The translations under genes and the position numbers were made by a program. DNA of 64,000 nt from Macrostomum lignano (Eukaryota), in NCBI GenBank assembly GCA_002269645.1, contig NIVC01002420.1, positions 62,001 through 126,000 on the forward strand, written 5' to 3'. The notes under the pieces are model-generated. The model was given only the letters and a program-made list of their open reading frames with translations, was not told the origin of the DNA and made no database searches. Numbering within the stretch: position 1 is the first letter of the stretch; every line of letters starts with the position of its first letter. Of this stretch, positions 1-13,341 are shown piece by piece.

Positions 1-818
1 GGAAAGTACTTAAAGAAATACATGTTCAAGCAACAGATTACAATGCTTTAGAATAGCGAACAGTTGTTATGTTAAACAGTTTCTTTGGCTTGATCAGCTC
101 AATCAAAGTAGACAATCACGCGAAATTTGGTCTAGCCCGCACAGCTCCACATTGGAACCCCAAATCACGGAACTCATCAGAGTTCTCTTCTCTTCGCACG
201 TCGGCTCTCATTGAATTCCACGTCCTTCCAGAGGCTCCATGGCTTTCCGCATTGGTTGAACAAGTAGCGTTGCAGCATGCTGTAAATAATCCTTCAGCGT
301 AGAAGCGCCATAGCGATCACCACTTTTATTTCGGATCTCTAAGATAAACTACTTAAGGTATCGCGCTTGCTCAACTGGGATAGTCGGTTGCGGGTGCCAA
401 TGGCAAGTCACTCAAGACAGCTTCGACTTCAGCAAGACTAAGTGGTTCAAAGCCGACGCAGTCAACATCACTCATGTTGAAAATATTGTAACTCGAAAAT
501 GTCACAAAAATTAAAGAGATTTAGTAGAGACAACCACTCACTCTTAAATACCTACATGTAACGCAGTTATTTTCGTCAACTGCATCAAACCAACATTTCT
601 CTATGTTTAAAACTTACATTCTCTGACAGTAAAAACAGTTCTGGGCCACTGTACACCCTTTGTGATTGCACGCCCGTGTACATATCCGTGTGCGTATGCG
701 TACTAAGAGGCCAGGGGCCCGTACTACGAGCGGTCTACTGTATTGTACTGACTGTGGGATCTTCACTTTCAAAAGAAGGTTTCTAATTAGTACACTACGT
801 ACGCGTCAATACTTGCAG

Positions 819-2498
819 AACGTTATGCGAGACCTTGTCAAGCGCTACCTCATGGCCAGAACGAGAGCCGACGAGAAGCAGGGCGTCACGGAGGACGACT
901 TGAACGAGATCAAAGGCGACATTTCCTCGTTTCGCTTTGAACTGTTGGAGATTCTGCGCACCAATGGCATGAAGACGCCGGCTTATACTCAGCAGAGATC
1001 GAGTGAGTGGCGGGGTCTGGGGTGGCTGGGAGACTGCGGATTTCGCTTGAACTTGGAAGAAGAGAGCTGGGCTGGTTATGGGAGAATGTGGATTCTTAGA
1101 ATTCGAGAAAAGAGAGGACGGATTCTTAGAAAGAGATGAGGGATTCTTAGAAAGAGAGGACGGATTCTTAGAAAGAGAGGGTGGATTCTTAGAAAGAGAG
1201 AATGGATTCATAGAAAGAGAGGGCGGATTCTTAGAAAGAGAGGGCGGATTATTAGAAAGAGGGGGCGGATTCTTAGAAAGAGAAGGCGGATTCTTAGAAA
1301 GAGAGGGTGGATTCTTAAAAAGAGAGAATGGATTCATAGAAAGAGAGGGTGGATTCTTAGAAAGAGAGGGCGGATTCTTAGAAAGAGAGGGCGGATTCTT
1401 AGAAAGAGAGGACGGATTCTTAGAAAGAGAGGACAGATTCTTAGAAAGAGAAGGCGGATTCTTAGAAAGAGAGGGTGAATTCTTAAAAAGAGAGGGCGGA
1501 TTCTTAGAAAGAGAGGGTGGATTCTTAGAAAGAGAGGGTGGATTCTTAGAAAGAGAGGACAGATTTTTAGAAAGAGAAGAAAGAAGAATTCTAGGAAAGA
1601 GAGGACAAATTCTTAGAGTACCGGGTAGATTCCTGGTAGATATAGGGTAGATTCTTAGAATTCAAAGTAAGAGAAGGAGGATTCTTAGAATTCAAGAGAT
1701 TTCAAGGAAAGAGAGCGGGTTCTTATAGAATTCGCGGAAAGAGAGGGCAGAATCGGAGAGGGAAAGTGGTTTCTTAGAATCCAGGGAAGGAGGGGCGATT
1801 TCTTTTTAATTCTGGGTTGGAAACAGACGGATTCTACAAAGAAGTTGAAGATGATGAGAGTAAAATATACCCTTACCTTCACAATGTAACACATAAATGA
1901 GTGTAGGTGTCATGCTTCTGTGATGGAGAAACAGACAGAAGCAATTTGAATCATAAAATTCGATCGGAAAATAATATAATTAACAGCCGGTTACCGTTGC
2001 AATTAGTAGATAGCAGCTGTATCATAAGGCTGAGTGTTTACCCTCTCTATATTCCACACTCGTTTTATAACAAATCCACTGCAGTTCTCATGAATAAAAG
2101 AGGATTCAGTGATGGTGCGATAAGCGGATGCTGCTCAGTGGGAGTTCGGAGTAATTATAGATGTAGCCAGTAACTGCTCTGATCAGGATAGGAATTGGCA
2201 GCGTTGAAGACTCAGATGATTTACATGAACTGCGGGCGGTGTTATCACGATTATTGATTCCTCCTTTAGTATCAAATCCTCTCACTAAAAAGTGAATCAC
2301 GCAGCGTTCTTTTAAATTGTAGTTACTTTCTTAGTCAGTCAGTCAGTCAGTCAGTCAGTCAGTCAGTCAGTCAGTCAGTCAGTCAGTCAGTCAGTCAGTC
2401 AATCAGTCAGTCAGTCAGTCAATCAGTCAGTCAGTTAGTTAGTTAGTTAGTTAGTTAATTAGTTAGTTAATTAGTTAGTTAGTTAGTTAGTTAGTTAA

Positions 2499-2541
<43 letters not shown>

Positions 2542-3176
2542 AATTAGTTAGTTAGTTAGTTAATTAGTTAGTTAGTTAGTTAGATAGTTAGTTAATTAGT
2601 TAGTTAGATAGTTAGTTAATTAGTTAATTAGTTAGTTAGTTAGTTAGATAGTTAATTAGTTAGTTAGTTAGTTAGTTAGTTAGTTCGTTAGTGACTCAAA
2701 CCAAAATTCATTATTCAACTTCAGCCAAGCTCAGGCGCCGCGGCAGCAAGCGTACGATGCAGAGCCGGAGGCTGGGTACTCGCGGCGCCGGTTCCGCAGG
2801 CGACGAGTCGACAGCCGGGTTGGGTCAAACTGGTTTCGGCGTCAGCAACAACAACAGCTTGGATAATAACAACAGTAATAGCCACCACACCGGCAGCAAT
2901 GGCAGTCTAACTGTGCCATCGCATTATCCAGACTTTGCAAACGAATCTAGAATGCATCAACAGCAGCCGGCGCCTCCGCAGCAGCTTCCAGCTTCGTCAG
3001 CATCATCAATGGAGCTAACACTGAGCGCAGTTGATCTAGCTAGACAGCAGCACCTTCAGCAACATACACCTTCAGAATCGAGACGTTTCGCATCGGAGCT
3101 GTTGTCTACCGAATCCGCCGACGGGCCACCTGAAATCAGTCTGGAAGCCAAAGAGCGACGCAGCGATCTGGTGTGA
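819..3176 (+). CDS. TRPC/TRP-gamma-like cation channel, last two coding exons 819-1002 and 2725-3176; the gene begins upstream of the window
   Basis: Exon 819-1002 (ttgcag| ... |gtgagt) encodes NVMRDLVKRYLMARTRADEKQGVTEDDLNEIKGDISSFRFELLEIL, the conserved C-terminal coiled coil of TRPC/TRPgamma channels. Its phase-1 donor fits the phase-1 acceptor ttcag| at 2725, which continues ORF 2691-3176 as a low-complexity S/N/Q tail ending ERRSDLV*. Confidence 0.85.
1108..1625. repeat. 21-bp minisatellite (gagagggcggattcttagaaa)n in the TRPC intron
   Basis: Directly visible tandem units; explains spurious ORFs 795-1337 and 1078-1650. Confidence 0.95.
2332..2686. repeat. Compound microsatellite (AGTC)n grading into (AGTT)n
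   Basis: Directly visible; ends about 40 bp before the acceptor at 2724. Confidence 0.95.
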
Positions 3177-3249
3177 TGGTGTTGCAACATTTGAAAAAAC
3201 AATATTTTTACAGCTTAGGATACTAAAACTCGACTGACGTACATGTATA

Positions 3250-3846
3250 CTCAGCAACAGTCAAAAGTTCCACCCTCCAAATTGCAAAAACTTCACACTC
3301 ACAATTCAACCCTCAAGTTACGCAACTAAGCCGCCGCGAGGAAGGGAAAGTTGATTGACTATTTTTTATGCAATATTCAGTTAGAATCGCGATGCGTGTG
3401 GGATCCCCTCGCACGCAGAAGTGCGACGACTCTGCGGGTCATCCCAATGATGAGGCGGCGCAGAAAGTCCTGGGGAAGCCGCTCCGAAGCGTTTTCAATG
3501 GCATGACGCAGAGCTCTCCGCAACATTCTGTGTTGGATTCTCTTTTCGAATGCTACGTTTTAGGAAGTCCCAGACATGCTCGATGGGATTCATGTCTGGG
3601 GACCGGGAAGGCCAGCGCAGAGTGCGCAGCCGTAGCTGTTCCTTCAGTTGACTACCAGCATCGGCATGGTGTGGCGGGGCGTTGTTCCTGGGCTTGGGTC
3701 TGCTTAATGTCCAGGCCTGGACCATTAAGCAGACCCAAGCCACCCCCAAGCGGCAATAAGCTTTGCGCGTGCCGTAGGTTGCGTCACTCGCAATAGGTGA
3801 AAAAATCATCTCGCTTAGTGGGGTGGAGCTTTTGACTGTTGCTGAG
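3250..3846 (-). mobile_element. Tc1/mariner (DD34E-type) internally deleted element, copy 1
   Basis: ~26-bp TIRs: ctcagcaacagtcaaaagttccaccc and gggtggagcttttgactgttgctgag, with TA on the left flank. Minus ORF 3495-3809 contains NNAPPH...WPSRSPDMNPIEHVWDFLKR, the Tc1 catalytic C-terminal motif, with 34 residues between the (D) and E positions. Confidence 0.9.
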
Positions 3847-4989
3847 TCTAATATATCTAAAGTATATATACTATAGGTCGTGGAATATTATCTGATTTGA
3901 TTTTTAATGGCTTTGTATCAGACTAAGTTAATAAATGTCCGTGCGGTATTTCATCAAGGACTACTAGACTTGATAGGAAGTGTTCCTAGTGGTCCTTGTA
4001 TTTCATCTGTGAAAGTATACTAATTAATCGGTGATTCATAATAGTGCAAGCTTTTACTGTATCGACATGAGCACCTACAGGTACATGAACATGTATCAGA
4101 TATTTTTATTATACAATTGTTTTTCACAATGCATTGTACATGCATATATACTTTCACCCAGTCACAATGGCAATTAATATATACTCAACAAAATTGAAAA
4201 CCACCAACCCCAGACTCAGTGCACCTAGATAAGCAAGAAGTTTCATTGCCTCTTGCACAGTACTGTAGTGACCTGAAGTCAAACTCCGCCAATGATCTAG
4301 GGTCGCGGTTTCCAATGTTGCTGACTGCTGAGTATACACAGTTTCGGCCATTATTCTGGCAGTTGTTAATTGTGTAAAAATTTCATCACCAGGACTGCTT
4401 TCCTACTTTTATTATCGATCTATTAACCTTTCCTCGTGTAAAATTTCTTTCCCATTAGCGTGTGAAATAAGTTTGAAATAATGCCATCTGTGCTGGGTAA
4501 AGTACATTTGCACGGGTTTAGTATGTTGCTTGGTTAATTAATAATTGTGTCAAATTTTATTGTGTTACAAAACTTACATTCTTCATAATCATAATTTGCT
4601 GTTGTTGAGTCGCAGTGAGCAGGTTGCTCGGAACTATACTGTTAAGACGAAAAATTGAGTATTTTCCTATACATTCCAATGCAATCCAGAATCTCCATTC
4701 CAAATAACTTCAATTGCCTATCTAAATGATACTTGGAGTAAATGGATTGGCAAGTAGGATCGTTGAATGTGCAGATAGAAAATCGATAATCTCTCAGCCA
4801 CCACCTCATGCGCGCAGAGAGGCCTATATTTTGCCTAAAACAATTTTGTCGATGTTTAAAAAACAACAACAAAATGAAGCGTCCATGTCCGAGTTCGACT
4901 ACTAAATCAACTCTAGGTTCTAAGTAGCACAACCAGAGTGAAGTCTTATTTTTTGTTCAACAAAACCGCTTTATTACATCAAAAAGTAT

Positions 4990-6755
4990 CCCCAAACACC
5001 TGTGAATCAGTAAATATCCTCAAGCACACCAATAAATCACCAAATATCCTCAAACACACCTGTGAATCACCAAATATCCTCAAACACACCTGTGAATCAC
5101 CAAATATCCTCAAACACACCTGTGAATCACCACAGATCCTCAAACACACCTGTGAATTATAAAATATCCTCAAACACACCTGTGACTCACCAAATATCCT
5201 CAAACACACCTGTGAATCACCAAAGATCCTCAAACACACCTGTGAATTATAAAATATCCTCAAACACACCTGTGACTCACCAAATATCCTCAAACACACC
5301 TGTGAATCTCCAAATATCCTCAAACACACCTGAAAATCACCAAATATCCTCAAACACACCTGTGAATCACCAAATATCCTCAAACACACCTGTGAATCAC
5401 CAAATATCCTCAAACACACCTGTGACTCACCAAATATCCTCAAACACACCTGTGAATCTCCAAATATCCTCAAACACACCTGAAAATCACCAAATATCCT
5501 CAAACACACCTGTGAATCACCAAATATCCTCAAACACACCTGTGAATCTCCAAATATCCTCAAACACACCTGAAAATCACCAAATATCCTCAAACACACC
5601 TGTGAATCACCAAATATCCTCAAACACACCTGTGAATCAGTAAATATCCTCAAACACACCTGAAAATCACCAAATATCCTCAAACACACCTGTGAATCAC
5701 CAAATATCCTCAAACACACCTGTGAATCACCAAATATCCTCAAACACACCTGTGAATCACCAAATATCCTCAAACACACCTGTGAATCAGTAAATATCCT
5801 CAAACACACCTGTGAATCAGTAAATATCCTCAAACACACCTGTGAATTACCAAATATCCTCAAACACACCTGTGAATCAGTAAATATCCTCAAACACACC
5901 TGTGAATTACCAAATATCCTCAAACACACCTGTGAATTGCCAAATATCCTCAAACACACCTGTGAATCACCAAATATCCTCAAACACACCTGTGAATCAC
6001 CAAAGATCCTCAAACACACCTGTGAATCTCCAAATATCCTCAAACACACCTGTGACTCACCAAATATCCTCAAACACACCTGTGAATTACCAAATATCCT
6101 CAAACACACCTGAAAATCACCAAATATCCTCAAACACACCTGTGAATCACCAAATATCCTCAAACACACCTGTGAATCAGTAAATATCCTCAAACACACC
6201 TGTGAATCACCAAATATCCTCAAACACACCTGTGAATCACCAAATATCCTCAAACACACCTGTGAATCACCAAATATCCTCAAACACACCTGTGTGAATT
6301 ACCAAATATCCTCAAACACACCTGTGAATCAGTAAATATCCTTAAACACACTTGTGCATCATAAAATATCCTCAAACACACCTGTGAATTACCAAATATC
6401 CTCAAACACACCTGTGAATTACCAAATATCCTCAAACACACCTGTGAATCACCAAATATCCTCAAACACCCCTGTGAATCACCAAATATCCTCAAACACA
6501 CCTGTGAATCACCAAATATCCTCAAACACACCTGTGAATCAGTAAAATATCCTCGAAAACTCCTGTGAATCAGTAAAATATCCCCGAAAACACCTGTGAA
6601 TCAGTAAAATATCCTCTAACACACTTGTGAATCAGTAAAATATCCTCGAAAACACCTGTGAATCAGTAAAATATCCTCTAACACACTTGTGAATCAGTAA
6701 AATATCCTCGAAAACAGCTGTGAATCAGTAAAATATCCTCTAACACACTTGTGAA
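4990..6755. repeat. 30-bp minisatellite (caaatatcctcaaacacacctgtgaatcac)n, ~1.75 kb
   Basis: Directly visible; units diverge at both ends. Produces the spurious 436-aa VCLRIFGDSQ ORF. Confidence 0.97.
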
Positions 6756-6758
6756 CTG

Positions 6759-6955
6759 ACACTCAACTGTCTGCTGAGACCTGATCATAACTGGCACTCA
6801 ACTGTCTGCTGAGACCTGATCATAACTGGCACTCAACTGTCTGCTGAGACCTGATCATAACTGGCACTCAACTGTCTGCTGAGACCTGATCATAACTGGC
6901 ACTCAACTGTCTGCTGAGACCTGATCATAACTGGCACTCAACTGTCTGCTGAGAC
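6759..6955. repeat. 35-bp tandem repeat (actgtctgctgagacctgatcataactggcactca), ~5.5 copies
   Basis: Directly visible and immediately adjacent to the 30-bp array. Confidence 0.93.
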
Positions 6956-7488
6956 TAACAGCAACTTGAAACAGCCAGACAGTTTAAACAATTATAAAAA
7001 TAACTTTGAAGACAAAAGACTCAATCAGGATTTTTTTGTATAATTTTGTTGTCAAAGACTTCTAGTTAATGATTTCATTGTTAAAACTCAACAAAACACA
7101 CAAAATAGATTTAATGCTTAATCGTCCATTTGAAAAGTGAAAACTAGTTCAGCAAATTAACAAACCTAGAAGAAAACGCCAATAAAAATTGAAACAATAA
7201 CTATAGTAATTATAACACACAAATTTTACCACTTTAACATAGTTACTACTGGTGAAAAAATCGGAATAGACAAAATATTAAATTAAGAGTAACACTACAG
7301 TAGTGCCTAATATATAGTTAAAAGACTAAGAAAAATTTCACCTGGATAAAAAACTGCACCTAGCCAACTTTGACGTTAAATAAATTTGAATTTCCTACTT
7401 TGCAAAAATGTACTTCAATTCCAATTTAGAAAGCCTTCTCAATCGATCATCCATCAGAGTTGTCAAATTCAGTGTCAAATTCAAATTT

Positions 7489-10400
7489 TCAATGCTCGCT
7501 TAAATCGTCCAACAGTTGACCAACGTCTTCCCTGACGCCGTCCTTGATGTCCTTGGCGGCGTCGAGACCCCGACGAACTGCAGTCGTGGCCGACTCTCTG
7601 AGATCGTCGCCGCTGTCATCTTCTCCGCCGGATGAGGAGCCGAAAAATCGAATCAGAAGGCGGTTCACCTGATCTGGGGCGTCCTGCTGCACCCAGTGGC
7701 TGGCCTGCGGCACCAGCTGGAACTCCATCTGGCTGCAGTACTTGCCTGGATGTTATGGAGTGGCGATTGATCGAAGCTATTTAAAAAGATACCAACTTGG
7801 AAACCGCACCAGTTCGATTTAGAAACCTACTATTAAGAAACCCTTAAATTCAGGAACTCTACCATTTGGGAACCTTACAATTTAGGAACTCTACCATTCA
7901 GGAACTCTACCATTTAGGAACTCTACCATTCAGGAACCCTACCATTCAGAACTCTACCATTTAGGAACTCTACCATTCAGAACTCTACCATTAAGGAACT
8001 CTACCATTCAGGAACCTTACCATTCAGGAACCTTACCATTCAGGAACCTTACCATTCAGGAACCTTACCATTCAGGAACCTTACCATTCAGGAACTCTAC
8101 CATTTAGGAACTCTACCATTCAGGAACTCTACCATTCAGGAACCCTACCATTCAGGAACCTTACCATTCAGGAACCCTACCATTCAGGAACCCTACCATT
8201 CAGGAACCCTACCATTCAGGAACCATACAAGATTGGAAACTTGAAAAACCGTAACAGAGTTAAAGGACATACGGGCACTGTAATAAGCAACTGTCTGTAT
8301 TCGAAACTCACCAGACAATTTAGCCGCTTCCTGCGTGATGTACTTATCATTGGCGCCAAACACCAGCATGGTTGGCACTGTAAGCTGCTTCCTGCTGCCG
8401 CCTTCGGCGCCCCTTCTAGGATAGCGGAACGCGGCCCGGTAAAAGTTAATGGGCCCAGTTAAAGCGGTAGCCGACGAGAAGGTGTACTTGAAAGCGTCCA
8501 ATTCCTGCTGGTTAACAACGCCTTTCAAAGCGATGTCCATCGAGACGAGATCTTGACGAGTAATGAGCCATTCCGGAAAGCAAGGCAGCTGGAAGAAGAA
8601 CATGTACCAAGACTTGAGGAACTGGGTCAGATTCGAGCGAATGTAGGTCTGGAATGCCACGGGATGTGGGCAGTTGAGTACGGCCAGTTTGGTGACCATG
8701 CCCGGGTGAGCCATGGCGAACGACCAGACAACGACGCCGCCCCAGTCGTGACCAGCCAAGTAGCACTTGTCGTAGCCTGGTGTTGGTGAAATATTCTTTG
8801 TTCTTATCTAGTTTACGATTACTCAATCATAACTCTTTATTACTGCATTACTGCCCATTCCGCCGACTCCCCTGAGCAGGCATACAAGCGCGCGGATACG
8901 TACGCAGTCACACGCACAGGAGTGTACAGCGGCCCCGACTTTATTTATCGGTAGGCATGTACACTTCACTGTGCTTTGGGGGTTGGCCCTCAAGGATGTC
9001 AACTGCACGAGCAGAGCCAAGTCGAGATTCCAATTTAGCCCCAAAATTAATGCAACTACACTTGGAATCGAGCCTGGCCCGCTGGTTCATAAGTGCGCCA
9101 GGATAAACCACTAGTCCTCTCCCAAATCATCACAACTATGATTGTAAAACTCAACAGCCTACCAGTAAATCACAGCCTTTGTTCAAAGTGAAATATTAAG
9201 CTACAGGAAACGCAAATCTTACCCAAAGCGTTGATAGCCTGTCGGATATCTTCAACCAGTTTTTCAATTCGATAATTTTCAACGCCGCGCGGCTTATCGC
9301 TGTCGCCGTAGCCGCGCATGTCTATGGCCACAATCCTGTGGGCGAGGCGAGAATTAACAAGATCAAGATCTGGGCACTACCATTTCGCTAACCCCTGAGC
9401 AAACACACGCTCACACAGGGTGTGCGCTACTTAGTACTCTTAGTAAACTACTGTTAGTAGCTCGTAATGTGCTGCAGGGCAGTTTTATTTTGATTTAAAT
9501 TTTGCTAACCTGTAGTTCTTAGCCAGATCGCTGTCAAGCTGATGGCGCCAGCTGAACCAGAACTCTGGGAAGCCGTGCACCAGCAGCAGGAGGGGTTTCC
9601 GGGGATCGCCATTCTCAATGCAGTGCAGAGTGATGTCCTGTTAAGTAAAGTTAAACAAATACATGCAAGTGGAGCAGGTTAAGACATTAAAACATTACAA
9701 CAAAGCAGTTTCATTAGTCATTATGGGGACACCATTTTCATTTTGAGAGGGTTCCAGCAAACCAGTGTCAAGTACTCGTAGCGTCAAGGGCCAAGGCTAT
9801 ACTGTAAGGTGGCGCCAAGGCTATGATGTAGGATGGCGCCAAGGCTATACTGTAAGGTGGCGCCAAGGCTATGCTGTAAGGTGGCGCCAAGGCTATGTTG
9901 AAAGGTGGCGCCAGAGCTATACTGCAAGGTGGCGCCAAGGCTATGATGTAAGGTGGCGCCAAATACTTTCGCTAGCCAATTTTGCGGGTGAAGATTCAAA
10001 GTCGCCTTTTTTCAAAAAGCTCGATTTTCACGCGCAGAATGCATGACGGCACTTGGTGGGGGACTTGTGTTGTGTTGCGTGATAGAATTGCATCCACGAG
10101 TGTCCACTTTTGATTTCTATCATATTATCTTAACTAACTAATCGACTGAAACAGTCTAGTCAAAGTCCGATTGTAATAAAACTTCACTTAGTAAACAAAC
10201 TTTGAACGCGACGCTCAAGTGACGCCCATGTCTCAGTGTGCAGTGTTTAGTTAATCAAAAATACAAGTCCCAACTGATAAGGCAGGTCAGCTTTTAATCA
10301 GTCAACAGTGGCACTTGTTTTGCAAGTGAATCAAGTCAAACCCAGTCACCTCAGGCACGCAGCAAAGCAGTGCTAAACTACAAAGTTCAAACAATCCAAT

Positions 10401-13341
10401 TCCAGACAGATAACAGATAAGGCGCCTGGCCGCTAGTCTGGACACGAAGACAAGACAAACAAGTCACTATAATGTCACACACGCTTGGGTCTCCTAGTGG
10501 GGTCAAAGCTTCAAGGTCTAGTTTTGGAATGGACTTATTGAAAACACAGGAGCTCAATGGACTTGGTTGGTAAAAATTTCCTACAATGTATCAAAGCATT
10601 CAAACTGCTGAAATAAACAAGATCTCAACTTTGATCTTAGCTATATGCATGATTTATCAATTCCATTATTAGTCTGAGAAACTTGGACTTTGATAGCCTA
10701 GTTAAATGTCATATGAGCATACCAGAGATATACTTAGATAAGAAATTGTACAAATACAAATAGATTTATCTATTTTTCTCAAAAAAGTACATTTACATTG
10801 GATCATAATATTATTCAAGAGGCTTTACTTATTTAATTTAAATGCTATAAAAATGAGTTGTCTGTATGTATGTACATATGTATGTATGTAGCTATGTGAT
10901 CAATTAGAGAAAAAATGGCTCAACCAGTTTTCTTCAAACTTGCACAATTCAATCAGAAATTTTCCTGTGATGGTAAATGCATTTAAATGCTAAAAACATA
11001 ACATTTTTGGTACCCTAATTGCTTTTTGGTGCCCAAGTTGAAAATTAAAACTAGATACAAGTACATAAATAAAAATTGATCTATTACTTTAATAATAAAT
11101 GCTCTATAATACCTTAAAATTACCTAACTAAACCTCCAGTCTAGAAGATGGCCTTAATTATATTAAAAAAATCTAGCATAATTTTGTTCCTTACTAAGAA
11201 TCTTTCTATATACAGTTGGCATAAAAATGGCCAAGATTAGGTTTAATATAAATTGTATAGCTGATTCTTTGTCTAAAAAGTTTTTTTTAAATAAATAGAA
11301 ACTCAAATGAAGCTATAACTAGTATATTCCATGCAACTTAGCTTGTATAAAAAATCAAATTTAAACAAATGATAAAAATCTCTAGAAAAATAGAAACTGT
11401 ACAACTTGGTCACTATTGTTTCTAAAATATACTATGAAGAAAGCATACAAGCAACATCATTATTAGAATAAATAATAATTATATAATACTTAATAATAGA
11501 ATTGAAAAAATAAAACCTTTATTCTAGCATATGATTCCCATGATCTAATCTATAAACAAAAACATTTATTTTGTTGAGCTAATATGCTTATACTAAATTT
11601 TGATAAGTCTTCAATTTGATTAAAATAATATATTAGCTATAATGCCTATATACAGTATATAAACCCTACACTCTCAAATCTAGTTAGTAATCTACCTAGG
11701 CTAGTTCTAATTCCTGGATAGAATTCTTGCAGAAAAATCACAACGCCTTATGCGATTGCGCGAAAAAAATGCGATTTTGCGTCAAAAAATCTAGAAAAAA
11801 TGCATCGCAGAATTTCAGACAAAATTGTTAATTCTTAAAATATGCAAAAGTGTGCTTGAGATATTAGATTTTGCAAAAGATAATCCTACTAGCTATAATC
11901 ATGAAGATAAAAAGAATAAAATTAAAAACTAAATAAGGCACAAAAGTAAAAATTCGAAAAAATTCTATAAAAAGTAGAAACTTGTAACATTCTCTAACAT
12001 ACATATTTGGATGAAAATTCAAATCACTAAATTTTCTAAGAATGCATTTTTCATTATTGCAACGTGCTAAGTACCAAAATAAAAAATGCGACAAATAAAA
12101 AATATTTTGCGCGCCATACAAAAATTGCATAATTCCATTTGACTTAAGAAATACAAGAATTCCATCCTGGTAATCTAATTTAGGCATTGTTAACCCAAAA
12201 TCAAACTGGGTTAGGCCTGCCAAAATGCTAGGTATCAAAAAGCATGAAAACCTAATAAATACTTTGCTATTAATTCATAAAATTGCTAGAAAATTATAAA
12301 ACCAGTACATAAAACATAAAAAATAGTAATGTAACAATGATAATAAAGAACCGGCAATCCTACACTTCCGTTCGGTAAATTATTTTCACATTTGAATTCG
12401 TACCACCGAGTCAAATGACGTCAATTGGCAATGTGTCTATGGCCAAAAGTTTGAGCGAACAGAGTTTAAAGGGGTGTCAGTTTAAGGGAGCTGTTGCTTG
12501 TGAGCTGCTTGTTTTATTGAGCTTCAATTTCTCATATCTTCCAGTCTTCATTGCCATGGAGACATGTCCACACCAACACTGTGGAGGGTAGGGCCTACAT
12601 GGGCCCACGCGAAGCGCAAGATCCGCAACATGCATGGCACGAGCGATGCTCTCTTCGACGCACACATTGAGGAATTTCTCTGGCGTCGTCTGTATCCCCA
12701 ATGTCCATTTGGGGCTATCCTGTACTGGATTGGACATTACTATCCATTGTAGACACCTTAATGACCTGCAGACACACTCTAAGTGACTATGCGCTCTAAC
12801 AGACTGCTACCATGTTCCACTGTTTTAGTTTTGTTTGGTTACATTGTTATTTACCACGCCTGTTCAAAATTCAATGTCAAAATAATTTACCGAACGGAAG
12901 TGTAGGATTGCCAAAGAACCTTATAATCAATCCCAAAAATGACAAGCTATGTTATTATGAGGTTTGAAGCAGTATTAATAAGCAAAAATAGCGTATGATT
13001 AACCTTGAAAATTATTATAAAATTAGAAGCAGTACGCAAGAGCAATGGCCTACCATTATTATTTTATTTCAGAGCAAACTCAAAGTCAAACCAGGCGTCA
13101 GTATAAGTCACATTGATTATAGAAAATGTAGAAAGAAAAATGTTTTACTTACTTTTAAATGAAGGTAAGAAGACTTTCCGAACCTAGGGTCAGTGAGGAT
13201 TCTCGGCCGGCTTCGATAGTTAACACCTTTGATCGTTTTTAACCCTTGAGTAAAAACGGAAACAACAATCTTAAACGCTACTGGGATTGAGAAAATCAAT
13301 CCAATGCAGCAGACAATAATATACTCAATGGTTTGCTTCAT
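7489..13341 (-). CDS. Epoxide hydrolase 3/4-like alpha/beta hydrolase (~383 aa); exons 13153-13341, 9510-9637, 9223-9335, 8312-8776, 7489-7745
   Basis: All introns are GT-AG with compatible phases (0, 2, 1, 1); total 1152 nt. The protein has an N-terminal TM anchor, RPRILTDPRFG, HGFPEFWFSWRHQL, DMRGYGDSDKP, nucleophile GHDWGG, lid tyrosines (SWYMFFFQ, INFYRA), acid GANDKY and catalytic ASHWVQQD. Confidence 0.92.
7851..8225. repeat. ~16-bp minisatellite (caggaaccttaccatt / taggaactctaccatt) in the last intron of the epoxide hydrolase
   Basis: Directly visible tandem units. Confidence 0.92.
8843..9118 (-). mobile_element. tRNA-derived SINE-like repeat
   Basis: Shares blocks with 24690-24960, 25343-25540, 29950-30175 and 15640-15785. 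The minus-strand head has a B-box-like ggctcgattcc. Confidence 0.7.
9790..9961. repeat. 24-bp minisatellite (aaggtggcgccaaggctatactgt), ~7 copies
   Basis: Directly visible tandem units. Confidence 0.93.
10845..11055 (+). mobile_element. Possible non-autonomous Helitron-like fragment
   Basis: The pattern tataaaaatgagttgtctgtatgtatg ... aaaaaatggctcaaccagttttcttcaaactt resembles, from memory, the microsatellite-plus-core layout of invertebrate non-autonomous Helitrons. No clean 3' hairpin seen. Confidence 0.25.
12353..12912 (+). mobile_element. Merlin (IS1016-like) non-autonomous derivative, 560 bp
   Basis: 34-bp perfect TIRs (ggcaatcctacacttccgttcggtaaattatttt) and an exact 8-bp TSD aaagaacc (12345-52 and 12913-20). 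Internal frameshifted remnant VHTNTVEG/TWAHAKRKIRNMHGTSDALFDAHIEEFLWRR is typical of the ISXO2/Merlin transposase C-terminus. Confidence 0.9.

Noticed and set aside
60-540. Coding-like sequence here, and likewise at 1900-2300, 4640-4930 and 32860-33700
   Set aside because: Frames are interrupted by stops and I recognise no family; they may be old transposon debris. A tBLASTx search would decide.
4979-6289. 436-aa ORF (VCLRIFGDSQ repeats) and overlapping ORFs
   Set aside because: Translation of a 30-bp minisatellite that happens to lack stops.
11864-12238. 124-aa hydrophobic ORF
   Set aside because: AT-rich intronic sequence giving F/I/L-rich translation, with no domain or splice support.
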